A DNA stretch of 64,000 nt, from NCBI RefSeq assembly GCF_009834535.1, contig NC_045697.1, positions 114,144,001-114,208,000 on the forward strand, given 5' to 3'. The notes beneath the pieces were generated by a model. It was not told the origin of the DNA. It saw nothing but the letters and a program-made list of their open reading frames with translations, and made no database searches. Below are positions 12,323 through 25,437 of this stretch, one piece after another. This DNA is from Camelus ferus (taxonomy: Eukaryota). The stretch's first letter is position 1. Each line of letters starts with the position of its first letter. A program made the position numbers and the translations under genes.

Positions 12323-13819
12323 AAAAATACTGACTTAATTTTGTGGAAAAAAGAAGATTCCAAATATGTAGAAGTCCTAAATATAGAATAAGTTTAAAAT
12401 ACAAATTGTTTTTTCAGAAAGTAATAAACAGAGTGATATGGGGCAGAACCAAAATATTTGTGCTATAGGATAGAGAAAAATCAGTTAAGACCAAAGACCT
12501 AGAGATCACAGTGGGGCTTATGCTATTAAAATGGGATTTTAAATGCTAATATATTAAACATCTAATATGATAATTATATTTATTGTTAGGATAATTAGTT
12601 TTAACATACTTAAATTTTATTTCTGCTGCATAAAGCTTAATTTTCAGGCCCATGAGAATGGCGGGGAAGTATCAGAGCTTATGAATATAAAGGAGATAAT
12701 AAATAGTTATCTTGAAAAAAATATTTATGATCTTGGCAATCTCTCATTAAAAAAAGTTCTTTGTTAGTGGGGTGGAATGGAAAGAGAATTTCTTATTTTC
12801 ATATATATTAGAGACGCATCACAATAGATGGTCACTTCAGCAAAGACTATGTTGGACTTAATTCCTAGACTGTTAGTGATATTAAAGTACAAAATGATTT
12901 GCCAGGCAAGCATTTATGTAACTTTGCCTGGTTTCCTGTATTTGTACCCTGTTCCTTGTACCCTGTGTGCAGTACTTTCTTCTGAGTTACTTATCTTCTC
13001 CTCCATTCAAATCCTTCCACCACACAGGACAAGTAGGGCCGTTGCTCTGAACAGTGCCATGATCTTCCCTCCACTCTTCCAAGTGAGATGATTGAGTATT
13101 GATGAAAAACAGCATGACTTTGCAGATTGCTGTAATTAAAGAGATTTGGTTTCCATTCTCAGCTGTGTCACTTATCCACAGCCAATTATTTATTGTTCTT
13201 GTGCTTAGTGTTGTTATTATTATTCCAATAATATTAAGAATATTGGTTATGAATCCCTTCAACTGCTGACATTACTTTTCACAAAAATTTTATTTATAGC
13301 CTTGGCTCCTTCCTTTATGTTCAAAGCTACCCTTTTTGCATCCTCCTTTTCCAACTCATTCAATATTATTCCATAAATCAATTTTTTTTATAGTTCTTTC
13401 CTTGGTCTGACCCACATGATTTTCAACTAGACTGGGGGTGTGGATAACTTCCTAACTCATGTGGTTTCTTTTCTATCCTCTACATGTACTCCTTCTTAAA
13501 ACTATTAAGTACTAACATGCATAGCCCCAGTAACATATCCTTAACATAGCCTTCAGGACTTCTAGTACCATTTCCCTAATTCATTACTGGCATCTTTTAA
13601 CAATCCCAATCATACTTTGGCAACACTAAATCACCTTATGCATCTGTTCACAACTTTGCCCCAAATCTCCTTGTATGAGTGTCTTCTCTACATGACCAAT
13701 TCCTATACAGTGCCAGCTTTTTTCTCTTCTAGAATGCCTTCTACAACCCTACTAGACTGGGTTACCTATTTTTTCATTATGGTGGTGACATAATACATTT
13801 CAGGTCATATTCTTCCACT

Positions 13820-14062
13820 TATTTTTTTTTATTAAAGTATAGTCAGTTACGATGTGTCAATTTCTGGTGTTCAGCACATTGTCCCAGTCATGCATATACA
13901 TACATATATTTGTTTTCATATTCTATTTCATTAAAACATTATTACAAGATACTGATCATAGTTCCCAGTGCTATACAGAAGAAACTTTTTTTAAAATCTA
14001 TTTTTATATACACTAGCTAACATTTGTAAATCTCAAACCCCCAAATTCATCCCTTCCCACTT
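13820..14062 (-). mobile_element. L1 3' UTR fragment (lineage-specific family)
   Basis: T-tail then tattaaagtatagtcagttac.atgtgtcaatttctggtgt, the reverse complement of the L1 end at about 62880-62930. Confidence 0.85.
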
Positions 14063-14603
14063 CTCAGGTTGTAGTCTACATTTTCTCCTTGACCTTTGTC
14101 CAATTCAAGCAGTGGACTGAATCTGTATCTGTGACCTCAGGGAAGTTAATGGCATCAAAAGCTGAAAAAAGCCTGCTTTTATTCCAAACACCTAAGCTGG
14201 GGGCATTAAGAGAATTCAGAGAATGTGTCAAGTTTTTGGGCAAATCAGATATGAAATAGTTTTAAATCACAGATGGTGAAGGAGAGACATGGGAGGGTGA
14301 AGGAAATGAGTTGAGGAGTGTAGAGACAGTGCCTTTTGTCCTAATTTTTTTTTTAATATTCAAAGAGCTTGAGCAACCAAGAAAACAGAAACCAGAATTA
14401 TACCAGTAATAAACCGTGGGTTCTGAACCTGAGGTCCATGTATTTACGTCCTGTGCCTGGCTGTTTCAGTAAACCCTCCCTAACACTGGCCTCAACTGTC
14501 AAAAGAGAAAAAAATGATTGAGATGGAAGTTTTATAACTTACTTAGAGAAGTATAGAATTTCTGGTGTTGTAATAAATTGATTCTTAGGAAATATGTAAA
14601 GGT

Positions 14604-14634
<31 letters not shown>

Positions 14635-14639
14635 GCAAA

Positions 14640-15110
14640 TGGTAGGTGCTCAGATTTTTTGATGGTGGTGAAGGCTGTGTTTTTGGAAGAAGAAGATACT
14701 TAGGAAATCTCTGGACCTTAAAATTTTTTTCCAGTTTTTTAGTGGTAAAATGCATATATCATAAAAGCTACTTAACTGTTATTTATGTATACAGTTCAGC
14801 GGTATTAAGTACATTCGTATTGTTGTGCAACCATCACCTCCATCCAGCTCCAGGACCCTCTTCATTGTGCGAAACTGAAACTCCGTACCTATAAACAAGA
14901 ATTCCCCATCCCCTCTCCCCTGGTCCCTGTCAAAATTCCATGCTTTTTTATGTGTATGATTTTGGCAACTCTAAGAAGCTCATACAAGTGGAATCCTACC
15001 GTATTTGTCTTTTTGTGACTGGCTTATGAAACTCTCTGTACTTTCCATTCAATTGTGCTGTGAACCTAAAAATGCTTGCAAAAATTATTCCTTAATTAAA
15101 AACATAAAAT
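14640..15110 (+). mobile_element. Old L1MC-like 3' end interrupted by a minus-strand L1MB-like 3' fragment (about 14720-15026)
   Basis: ggaaatctctg ... gaaactctctgtactttcc...tgctgtgaacctaaaa flanks an insert containing gtatacagttcagcggtattaagtacattc and tttgtctttttgtgactggctta. Confidence 0.65.
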
Positions 15111-16095
15111 CAAGTCATTAAAACCCTCTTTCATTTAAAGCAAAATGATTTTTTGAAATACATTCAGTATATTGAAATAACTTAGGAAAGTGAATTTTAA
15201 AATGAAAACTTTTAAATTCACCAAAAGCAGTATTTCTCTAGCAGTCATTGATTCCTGTAGTTATGACAGAATTAGCTATGTCTTCCTGTCTTCCCCCAGT
15301 TCCCTCTTAGCAATATGACTGGTCTCACTCTAATGGTTAGTATTAGAACCTAAAGATTACTTAGTTATATCTACCCTTTTATTAAAATCAAATTATAATT
15401 TGATCAGTTATCATCAATTATATAATTTGATTTTTATAATCAATCTTCACTTTCAACTTTTTATTTTGGTATTTAATATTTTTCATCACAGTGTGAAAAT
15501 ATCTACTTTATGTGAGAAAAATCCATATACTGCTTTAAACTTTAATAAGAAATCATGGTGTTTTAAAGTTTTGGGTTTATTCCAAAGCCTGAAGTATTTT
15601 TAGTCTCACAGATGATTTAGCATATATCTTTACTCTCATTGCATAGACTTACATAAAATAAAAAGCATTTCTTTAATGGCTGCTAATTAATTTAGTTTCT
15701 TTTTTACAATACCTATCAACACCTTAGTGGACAGTGGCACCCAAATACTAAGCAAAAGAAATGCTTTTCTTCTTTTTAATATCACTCAAAATCTTCACTA
15801 AATTAAAACATTTTAGAACAGACATTTTGCTTTTAATAATCAGGGATATCTAAAAGAAAGCCTTAAATAACTATATATTCACCTATGATTTATCTGTTTG
15901 TCTATCTATCTATCTGTCTACCTATCTATAATGTTAAGACATTTTTAGGCACTAGTGGAAACTGTGAGAGTGAGATTTCTTTGGCTTCTGATCCATTTGT
16001 ACGATCTACATAAATAATACAGATGATGAAAGTGTTTTTATCTGGTAAAGTATTAGTTATAAGTATTCTAAGTTCTCAGGGGACTAGAGTTTAAA

Positions 16096-16152
16096 ATTTT
16101 TATTTTATTTTATTTTTTTATTGAAGTACAGTTGCTTTATAATGTTGCATTT
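16096..16152 (-). mobile_element. Short L1 3' stub with T-rich tail
   Basis: ttttttattgaagtacagttgctttataatgttg. Confidence 0.6.
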
Positions 16153-17204
16153 GTTTCCAGTGTACAACACAGTTTACAATATTGAGATACTAATAGAGAA
16201 ATATTGGTTCTTAGATGGGACTTAGAAAGGATAAAATTAATGATATGGAAAAATAATTTTATTATTGAAGGTCACAAGTGGAAGCTGGAATTTTGAGAGT
16301 ATTTCTTCAGCTCTTCCAGGGTTCAGCTGTCATAATTAGAATGCTCATAATGCAGTTGAGACCAGGAAATAAGGAGTAATTGTTGCCATATTGGTTAGTG
16401 ACCCCAGATCATGTAATCTTTGAAATGACAGATCAAAAATCATCTGCACTGGGAAAAACTAATTTGCACTAAACAGAAACTAAAATTTGGATAGATGCAA
16501 TTTAACTGAATCCCCAGGCTTTTTTATACCTATCTTTTTGCAACTTTACTTCTTTTAAAATAAATTTGATTGCAGCATTTCATGAAGGTGCCTGCAGAAG
16601 TCCAATGGATTGTCTGAAATAAGTTGGAGAAAAAGGTTCCAGATTCACTGAACTGCAGATATGGGACCGTTCAAACAATGTTTCAGCAGTGGCCCACCGG
16701 GCAGACCTACAGTCAGGCAGTCTTGTTTTGACCACCTTTACAAATTAGCCACAGGAAATACACATCCTAGTCATTAAAACTCCTGAAAAGATCATACTGT
16801 GCTCAATCTTCTCAGGTTTGGGTTATTTACTTGAACTAGCCATGAAGTTTGCCAGGGCTGAGTGTGTTTTGTTAGAGTTTACAGTATGCAATGGGAAATT
16901 GTATTTTGGATTTAAAGAATTTAACAGTTTCACAATACATAGGGAGCAAAATGTCACCAAAATTCTTATTTTTAAATCAAAATATTCCATTAAATAAATA
17001 TGAGCTTGCTTGCTTGCTTGCTTGCTTTTTTTGCAAGTGAGGGAAATTCTTATCTAGCGGATACTCTTGAGAAATTTAGGTGCATTATTTGAAAACACAT
17101 ATTTCAAAATATGTAACAAAAACTAGTCATAAGGCTGTTCTTTCTTTATTCCAATGATCTTGAGCCAATATATTGTATGTGCCAAAACTACAGTAAATGA
17201 TACT

Positions 17205-17480
17205 TTTTAATAACTACATTTATGAACACCCTATGCCAGGCATTTTCAGTGTGTCATCTCACTTAATCCCCTCAACAACCATGTGCTACTATAATGATTA
17301 TGGTTACCTCCATTTTACATATTCATTTAAATAACACACAGTTTCTTCTGTTCCAGTTAGGTGGGGAAACTGAGGCGCAGTGACTTTAACTAACTAGCCT
17401 AAAATCACATTTGTAGTAACAATTGGAATACACATAAAGGACTCAGACTTTCAAGTCCATTTTTGTAACTATAACATGAT
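17205..17480 (-). mobile_element. MIR SINE
   Basis: acatttatgaacaccctatgccaggc...ttaatcccctcaacaacc...gggaaactgaggc. Confidence 0.75.
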
Positions 17481-18005
17481 ACAAAAACAAAATAATGACA
17501 AAATCTTTGAATAAACAAAGCAATTCAGAAAATCTAGCTTAAAAATAATTCTGCATTTTGTATAGCTAATGCTATTTCTATGGTATGCAAATTTTATTTA
17601 AATTAGGGGATTATGAGCCTAGGATTGTTAAATGCAGGTGAAGTTTGAGTATTAAGCATTCTAGAGAAAGATTACTAAATGTACTTCTCAGACATTACCT
17701 TTTATTAGAAACTGTTTTGCCAAGCATTCTTAAACGGAAGTATTTTTTGGATGAGAGTAACTATAAAGGTGGTTTATCAGTTTCCTTTTATCTTACCATT
17801 TGATCATCTGGAGCAAAGAGATTGCAGCCTGGCAGAGGTCAGACTAATAGGTAATGGAAAAGCAAAGACAATAATCCTTTTCTCCAGAATCCTTTGTTCT
17901 TTCTAACAAGTCAAAATTAAGATAGTATTTAACATTTCATACTGAAACATTATATATTTTTATGAGAGAATTAACACCTCAAATTACTTGGCACTCTAAA
18001 TCAAT

Positions 18006-18007
<2 letters not shown>

Positions 18008-18043
<36 letters not shown>

Positions 18044-18051
18044 TATATATA
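18008..18051. repeat. (CA)n-(TA)n microsatellite
   Basis: Read directly from the sequence. Confidence 0.95.
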
Positions 18052-19784
18052 TCACCATTAGAAGTTGTTAGCTCATCCAAATCTGGTTCTTTCTTCCCTC
18101 TGCTGTTACTGTTTTAAATCCAGCATCAGCCTTTATTTCATACCCTGTCTATCCCTATGTCAGTCTTCTGAACTCCTAACCCATTCCTGGAACATAACTT
18201 CCACCATGACATGATACATTATTTGTGAGACCGTATCTGTTATTAGCCAACTCACGCTCCTTTGCATCCCTAAATATGTCCCTAAATCTTTGCCTCTCTC
18301 ATTGGGACCTTATCCTGACTTAAGCCCTTTGTAAGCCCCTAGGAAAAGTGTCAACAACTGCTCTTTGTGTCTATTCTATAGCATCTAATATAGCACCTTG
18401 CACATAAAAATAATAATTTTATTAAAGTTTATTTCAGCTTAGATCCACTCTCTGTTAAGAACCTGTTTGATAAAGTATATATTAAGTCACTTGAAGAGGA
18501 TTGCTTCATGATTGAGAACCTGAAAAGACCATCTTTAGAATTACGTAGAATGATTTTGCTTTATTATTTGGTGTCTTTCATCTTTTAATGTTTCCGTAAC
18601 ATTTATTTTAAATCCGAGGGATTTTTGTAACGCTCTGAAAGCAGAGGTTACAAAATATTGCACTTGTTGAATATATAGCACTTTTGGAGGAACAAACGTC
18701 ATTTCATCAAGTTGTGAGAGAGCAGGGTATAAGTTCTTGATTAAAATTCGCTTCCTGTGTTATCTGACTGAGTATACTTGAAAGAGATCTTTGACGTGCT
18801 GATCAGATTAAATTGATTTAATCTTAGCTGAAACTTACGTTCAGCACTAGTCATGGATAATTACTGTCAGAAAGGATATGTTCTAGCTGTTCATTTACAT
18901 AATATGAGCTTTCTTTTGGATTGCATGTGAATTAATTAAATTTATTTTAATCATAGCAGCTATATGCAACACACAGCTTCTGGCTAGTATAAAACAGTTC
19001 ATTAACTTCTAGAAAATGTCCTATTGGCCATTCTAACACAACTCTCTGAACTGGAGTACAGGCCAGAAGAGGAAAACTTTAAGAAGAGAGAATCTAGGAA
19101 ATATACCAACCTAAATATACCAAAATGACCTCACTTCATGGCAAATTATTCCTCCTCAAAAAGGAAACTCTACTGATTCAGTTAGTGTCCTCAGTTTGTG
19201 ACAGAAAAATGTAAAATAATCTTTTGACCCACTTTACCTTAATCTCATTCTTCAATTATAAATAATAAAATACCCAATTGATAAATCTTAAACTATTTGA
19301 TAGTAAGAAACTAGTTGTTAGCAAGATGGTAGGGAAATAAACAAATACAAGATATAAAACTAGACAAAACACAACTGTGTTATAATGGCAGCCCCAATTT
19401 GGATCCTATAAACATTAGATCAACAATTGGCATACGTACTGGTATAAGGGTGAGAAAAAAGATTTTCCAAAACGAAACCAGTCATTATTTTACAGTTGTA
19501 ACTGACACAACTATGGACTTTCTTTTTTAATGTATTGCATTGAACGTTAAAAAAATTATGTAAAAGTAGAAAATTTTCCCTGGTATCATATCCAATTAGC
19601 TAATGAATTGTGTTCATTTTTCCATATATTTTCTTAATTTTATCCAAATACTTGCATTCTTATGTCTGGTTTATATCATAACCTAAATGTCTCATCTTTT
19701 CCACTTAAGAACATTTTATAATTATTTACCTAGTTTTTTGCTTGTGTTATATTACTTTAATTAGCAGCTAAGATTTCATTAAGC

Positions 19785-19966
19785 CAAAGGCCCAAAAGTT
19801 TGACCCCAGAAACAAAAATATCATGATCACCTGGGAAATTAGAAATATAAATTTGGGGCTTTACTCCAGATCCACTGAATCAGAACTTCTCGGGTAAAGT
19901 GAAGGTGGAATCTGTGTTATAAAACTTCTCTAGGCCATTCTAAATGCCAGACTTCAAGAAGAATTG
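19785..19966. mobile_element. MER5A-like hAT-Charlie MITE relic
   Basis: atcacctgggaa.ttagaaat...ccagatccactgaatcagaact...aatctgtgtt core. Confidence 0.65.
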
Positions 19967-20397
19967 CATTAATATATATTTTTTAAAATCTACTAAATAT
20001 TTCAGTGTCATTATCAGTTATTTAAAATAATACTGCATTGGAAAGCTTGGTTCAATAAATAATCTTTTTCTTATTTTTTGTTCTAAGTGTTATAGAATGT
20101 TTTCTCAACAATTAGATCATGATGTCAGAGACCAAATAATTTTAAGTTGTTTTCTAGAAGATTTGTTCCAATTTATACTACTATCAAAAATTATAAATTA
20201 TTTTCTTAATTATACTATTAATAGTGTTGGTCCTTTTTCCTGTCATTTTAATTTTTCTAAATTCTATTTGGAAATACACATAATTATATGAACATAAAAA
20301 TACCTCTTAGGTATTATTTAAAAAACAAATATAATTGATTATTGAAATACATTTTTATTTGTGTATGTCTGTTCTTATGAAAACTAGTTTCTAAAAA

Positions 20398-20448
20398 TAG
20401 TAATAACAATAACTAACATACAAATGGAGTTTTACATATGCCAAGACT
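20398..20448 (-). mobile_element. MIR, left part (split by L1 insertions)
   Basis: taataacaataactaacata...ttacatatgccaagact matches the reverse-oriented MIR 3' end; continues at about 28900. Confidence 0.55.
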
Positions 20449-20453
20449 TTTTT

Positions 20454-22419
20454 TTTTAACATTTTAATTGGTTTATAATCATTTTACAATGTTGTGTCAA
20501 ATTCCAGTGTAGAGCACAATTTTTCAGTTATACATGAACATACATATATTCATTGTCACATTTTTTTCTCTGTGAGTTACCACAAGATCTTGTATATATT
20601 TCCCTGTGCTATACAGTATAATCTTGTTTATCTATTCTACAATTTTGAAATCCCAGTCTCTCTCTTCTCACCCCCCCACCCCCTTGGCAACCACAAGTTT
20701 GTATTCTATGTCTGTGAGTCTATTTCTGTTTTGTATTTATGCTTTGTTTGTTTGTTTGTTGGTTGGTTGGTTTTAGATTCCACATATAAGCGATCTCATA
20801 TGGTATTTTTCTTTCTCTTTCTGGCTTAATTCACTTAGAATGACATTCTCCAGGAGCATCCATGTTGCTGCAAATGGCATTATGTTGTCGGTTTTTATGG
20901 CTGAGTAGTATTTCATTGTATAAATATACCACAGCTTCTTTATCCAGTCATCTGTTGATGGACATTTAGGCTGTTTCCATGTCTTGGCTATTGTAAATAA
21001 TGCTGCTATGAACATTGGGGCGCAGGTGTCATCCTGAAGTAGAGTTCCTTCTGGATATATGCCCAGGAGTGGGATTCCTGTGTCATACAGTAATTCTATT
21101 CCTAGTCTTCTTAGGAATCTCCATACTGTTTTCCACAGTGGCTGCACCAAACTGCGTTCCTACCAGCAGTGAAGGAGGGTTCCCTTTTCTCTACAGCCTG
21201 TCTAGCATTTGTCATTTGTGGACATTTGAATGATGGCCATTCTGACTGGTGTGAGGTGATACCTCGTTGTAGGTTTGATTTGCATTTCTCTGATAATTAG
21301 TGATATTGAGCATTTTTTCATGTACCTATTGATCATTTGTATGTCTTCCTTGGAGAATTGCTTGTTTAGATCCTCTGCCCATTTTTGGATTGGGTTGTTT
21401 GTTTGTTTCTTATTATGTCATATGAGCTGCTTATATATTCTGGAGATCAAGCCTTTGTCAGTTTCATTTGCAAAAATTTTCTCCCATTCTGTAGGTGTTG
21501 CTTTGTTTTACTTACGGTTTCCTTTGCTGTGCAGAAGCTTGTAAGTTTCATTAGGTCCCATTTGTTTATTCTTGCTTTTATTTCCATTGCTTGAGTAGAC
21601 TGCTCTAGGAGAGCATTTTTGAGATGTATGTGAGATAATGTTTTGCCTATATTTTCCTCTAGGAGGTTTATTGTATCTTGTCTTATGTTTAAGTCTTTGA
21701 TCCATTTTGAGTTGATTTTTGTCTATGGTGTAAGGGAGTGTTCTAGCTTCATTGTTTTACATGCTGCTGTCCAGTTTTCTCAACACCATTTGCTGAAGAG
21801 ACTGTCTTTATTCCATTGTATATTCTTGCCTCCTTTGTCGAAGATGAGTTGACCAAAAGTTTGTGGGTTCATTTCTGGGCTCTCTATTCTGTTCCATTGG
21901 TCTATATGTCTGTTTTTGTACCAATACCATGCTGTCTTGATGCCTGTAGCTCTACAGTATTGTCTGAAGTCTGGGAGAGTTACTCCTCCAGCCTCTTTCT
22001 TTCTCTTCAGTAATGCTTTGGCAATTCTAGGTCTTTTGTGGTTCCATATAAATTTTATTATGATTTGTTCTAGTTCTGTGAAATATGTCCTGGGTAATTT
22101 GATAGGGATTGCATTAAATCTGTAGATTGCCTTGGGCAGTGTGACCATTTTAACAATATTGATTCTTCCAATCCAAGAGCATGGGATATCTTTCCATTTT
22201 TTAAAGTCTACTTTAATTTCCTTCATCAATGGTTTATAGTTTTCTGTGTAAAATTCTTTCACCTCCTTGGTTAGATTTATTCCTAGATATTTTATTACTT
22301 TGGGTGCTATTTTAAAGGGGACTGTTTCTTTACTTTCTTTTTCTGTTGATTTATCATTAGTATACAGAAATGCAACTGATTTTTGAACGTTAATCTTGTA
22401 ACCTGCTACCTTGCTGAAT
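20454..22419 (-). mobile_element. Young 5'-truncated L1 (about 2 kb) with 15-bp TSD
   Basis: TSD tgccaagactttttt at 20439-20453 and 22420-22434. Well-preserved ORF2 pieces ([18 protein letters not shown]..., 21780-22262; C-terminus 20773-21150) are broken by a stop after FSKWC and by frameshifts. Confidence 0.95.
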
Positions 22420-22434
22420 TGCCAAGACTTTTTT

Positions 22435-25394
22435 CTTCATATGAAGTTTGGTTGATTTACAATGTCATATTAGTTTCAGGTGTACAACATAGTGACTGGA
22501 TATTTTTATAGATTATGCTAGATTTAAAGTTATTATAGAATATTGGCTATATTTTCTCTGTGTACATTGTATCCTCATATCTTGTTTATATTATACTTAG
22601 TAGTTGTATGTCTTAATCCCCTACCCCCAACCCATTCCCCTCGTCCCCTTGTTGATAACTACTAGTTTGTTCCCTGCATCTATGAGTCTGTTTCTGCTTT
22701 GTTATAGTCATTATTTTGTTTTATTTTTTTAGATTCCAAATATAAATGAAAGCATATAACATGTGTCTTTCTCCATCTGACTTATTTCACTAAGCATAAT
22801 ACCCTTCAGTTCTATCCATGTTGCTCCAAATAGCAAAATTTCATTATTTTTTATGGCTGAGTAATATTCCATAATATATATATATATGTATGTATATGCT
22901 CATCTTCTTTATCCTTTCATCTGTCGATGGACATTTGGTTTGCTTCCATATCTTGGATATTGTAAATAATGCTGCTAGAAACATCAGGGTGCATTTTTTG
23001 GGGGGAATTATTTTTTCAATTTTCCTGGGTATATACCCAGGAGTGGAATTTCTGGATCATATGGTAATTCTATTTTTAATTATTTGAAGAACCTCCATAC
23101 TGTTTTCCATAGGGGATATGCCAATTTACACTCCTACTAACAGTTAGGTCGGGTTCCCTTTTCTTCACATCCCCGCAACTTTATGCATTGTGTTTTTGAC
23201 AATAACCATTCTGATAAGTGTGAGGTAATATCTCTCTGTGGTCTTGATTTTCATTCCCCTGATGGTTAGTAATGTTGAGCATCTTTTCATGTGCCTGTTG
23301 GCCACCTGGATGTCATCTTTGGGAAAATCTATCAGATCTTTTGCCCATTTTTTAATTGGGTTGTTTGTTTTTTTGATATTGAATTATATAAGCTCTTCAT
23401 ATATTCTGGATATTACCCTCTTACTAGACATATCATTTGCAAGTATCTTCTCTCATTCAGTAGGCGGCTCTTTTGTTTTGCTGATAGTTTTCCTCGTTGT
23501 GCAAAAGCTTTTAAGGGTAATTTGGTCCCATTTGTTTATTTTTGCTTTTGTTTCCCTTGCTTAAGGAAAAAGATAAAAAAATATTGCTAATATGTATGTC
23601 GAAGAGTGTACTGCCTATGATTTTTTCTAGGAGTTTTATGGTTTCTTGATTTACATGTAAGTCTTTAATCTACTTTGAGTTTATTTTTTGTATAAGGTGT
23701 GATAAAACATTCTAATTTCATTCTTCTACATGTCACTACACTGTCCAGTTTTCCAACACCACTTATTGAAGAAACTATCTTTTCCCCATTGTATATTTTT
23801 GCCTCCTTTAACATAGATGAATTGGCCATATGTGTGTGAGCTTATTTCTAATCTCACTCTTCTGTGCCATTGATGTATGTGTCTGTTTTTGTGCCAGTAT
23901 CATATTGTTTTGATCAGTTTAGTTTTGTAGTATCTGAAGTCAGGTAACGTGATCCCTTTAGTTTTGTTCTTTTTTCTCACGATAGCTTTGTCTATTCAGG
24001 GTATTTTGTGCTTCCATATAAATTTTAGGATTATTTGTTCTATTTCTGTGAAAAATGTCATGAGTATATAGATTGATAAGGATTATGCTAAAACTGTACA
24101 TTGCTTTACGTAGTATGGACATTTCAACAATATTATTCTTTTCAATATATGAATACAGGATATTTTTCCATTTCATTGCATCATCTTTAGTTTCCTTCCT
24201 CATTGTCTCATAGTTTCAAAGTATAAGACTTCACCTCCTTGATTAAGTTTATTCCTATGTGTTTATTCTTTTTGATACTATCGTAAATGGGATTATTTTC
24301 TTGCTTTCTCTTTTTGATATTTCATTTTTAGTGTATAGAAAAGAAGCCAACTTTTGTTTCTTAATCTTGTATCTTGCAACTTTACTGGATTCATTCATTA
24401 GTTTTTTTGGTGGAGACTTTAGAGTTTTCCGTATATAGTATTACGTCATTTCCAAATAGTGATAGTTTTACATCTTCTCTTCCAATTTGAACGCCTTGTA
24501 ATTCTTTTTTCTTATTTGATTTATGTCACTAGGACTTCAAATACTATGTTAAATATAAATGATGAGAGTGGCTATCTTTGTCTTGTTCCTGATTTTACTG
24601 ATTTTAGAGAAAAAGCTTTCAGGTTTTCACTACTGAGTATGATGCTAGCTGTGGGTTTGTCATAATGGCCTTTATTATGTTAAGGTAATGTTTCTTAAAC
24701 ATCTACTTTGTTGACAGTTTTTATCATGAATATGTGTTGAATTTGATCAAATGCCTTTTCTGCATGCATCAAGATGATTATATGCTTTTTATCCTTTGTT
24801 TTCTTAACGTGGTGTAGCACATTGACTGATTTGCAGATATTGAACCATTCTTGCATCCTTGAAATAAATCCCACTTGATCATGGTGAATGATCCTTTTTA
24901 TATATTGTTGCATTCAGTTTGTTGAGGATTTTTGCATCTATATTCATCAGGGATATTGGCCTGTAATTTTCATTTTTAGTGTCTTTGTATGGTTTTGGTA
25001 TCAAAGTAATGGTAACCTCTAGAGTGAATTTGGAGTGTTCTCACCTCTTCATTTTTTGGAATAGTTTGAGAAAGAAACATAGTAAGTCAAGTAGAATTCC
25101 CCTGTGAAAACATCTCATCCTGGATTTTGGTTTGTCAGCAGTTTATTGGTCACTGACTCAATTTCAATACTAGAAATCAGTCTGTTCAGATTATCTATTG
25201 CTTCTTCTTCAGTCTTGACATATATGTTTCTAAGAATTTATCCATTTCTTCCAGATGTACAATTTCTGGAATATCATTGTTCATAATGTTCTCTTATGAT
25301 TGCATTTTTGTGATCAGATGTAATATATCACCTTCCATTTTTATTTTGTTTATGTGGGTATACTTTTTTTATTATTAAGTCTGGCTAAAGGCAT

Positions 25395-25437
<43 letters not shown>

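Noticed and set aside
20773..22262. Possible active L1 ORF2
   Set aside because: 5'-truncated, with an in-frame stop and frameshifts, so it is not autonomous.
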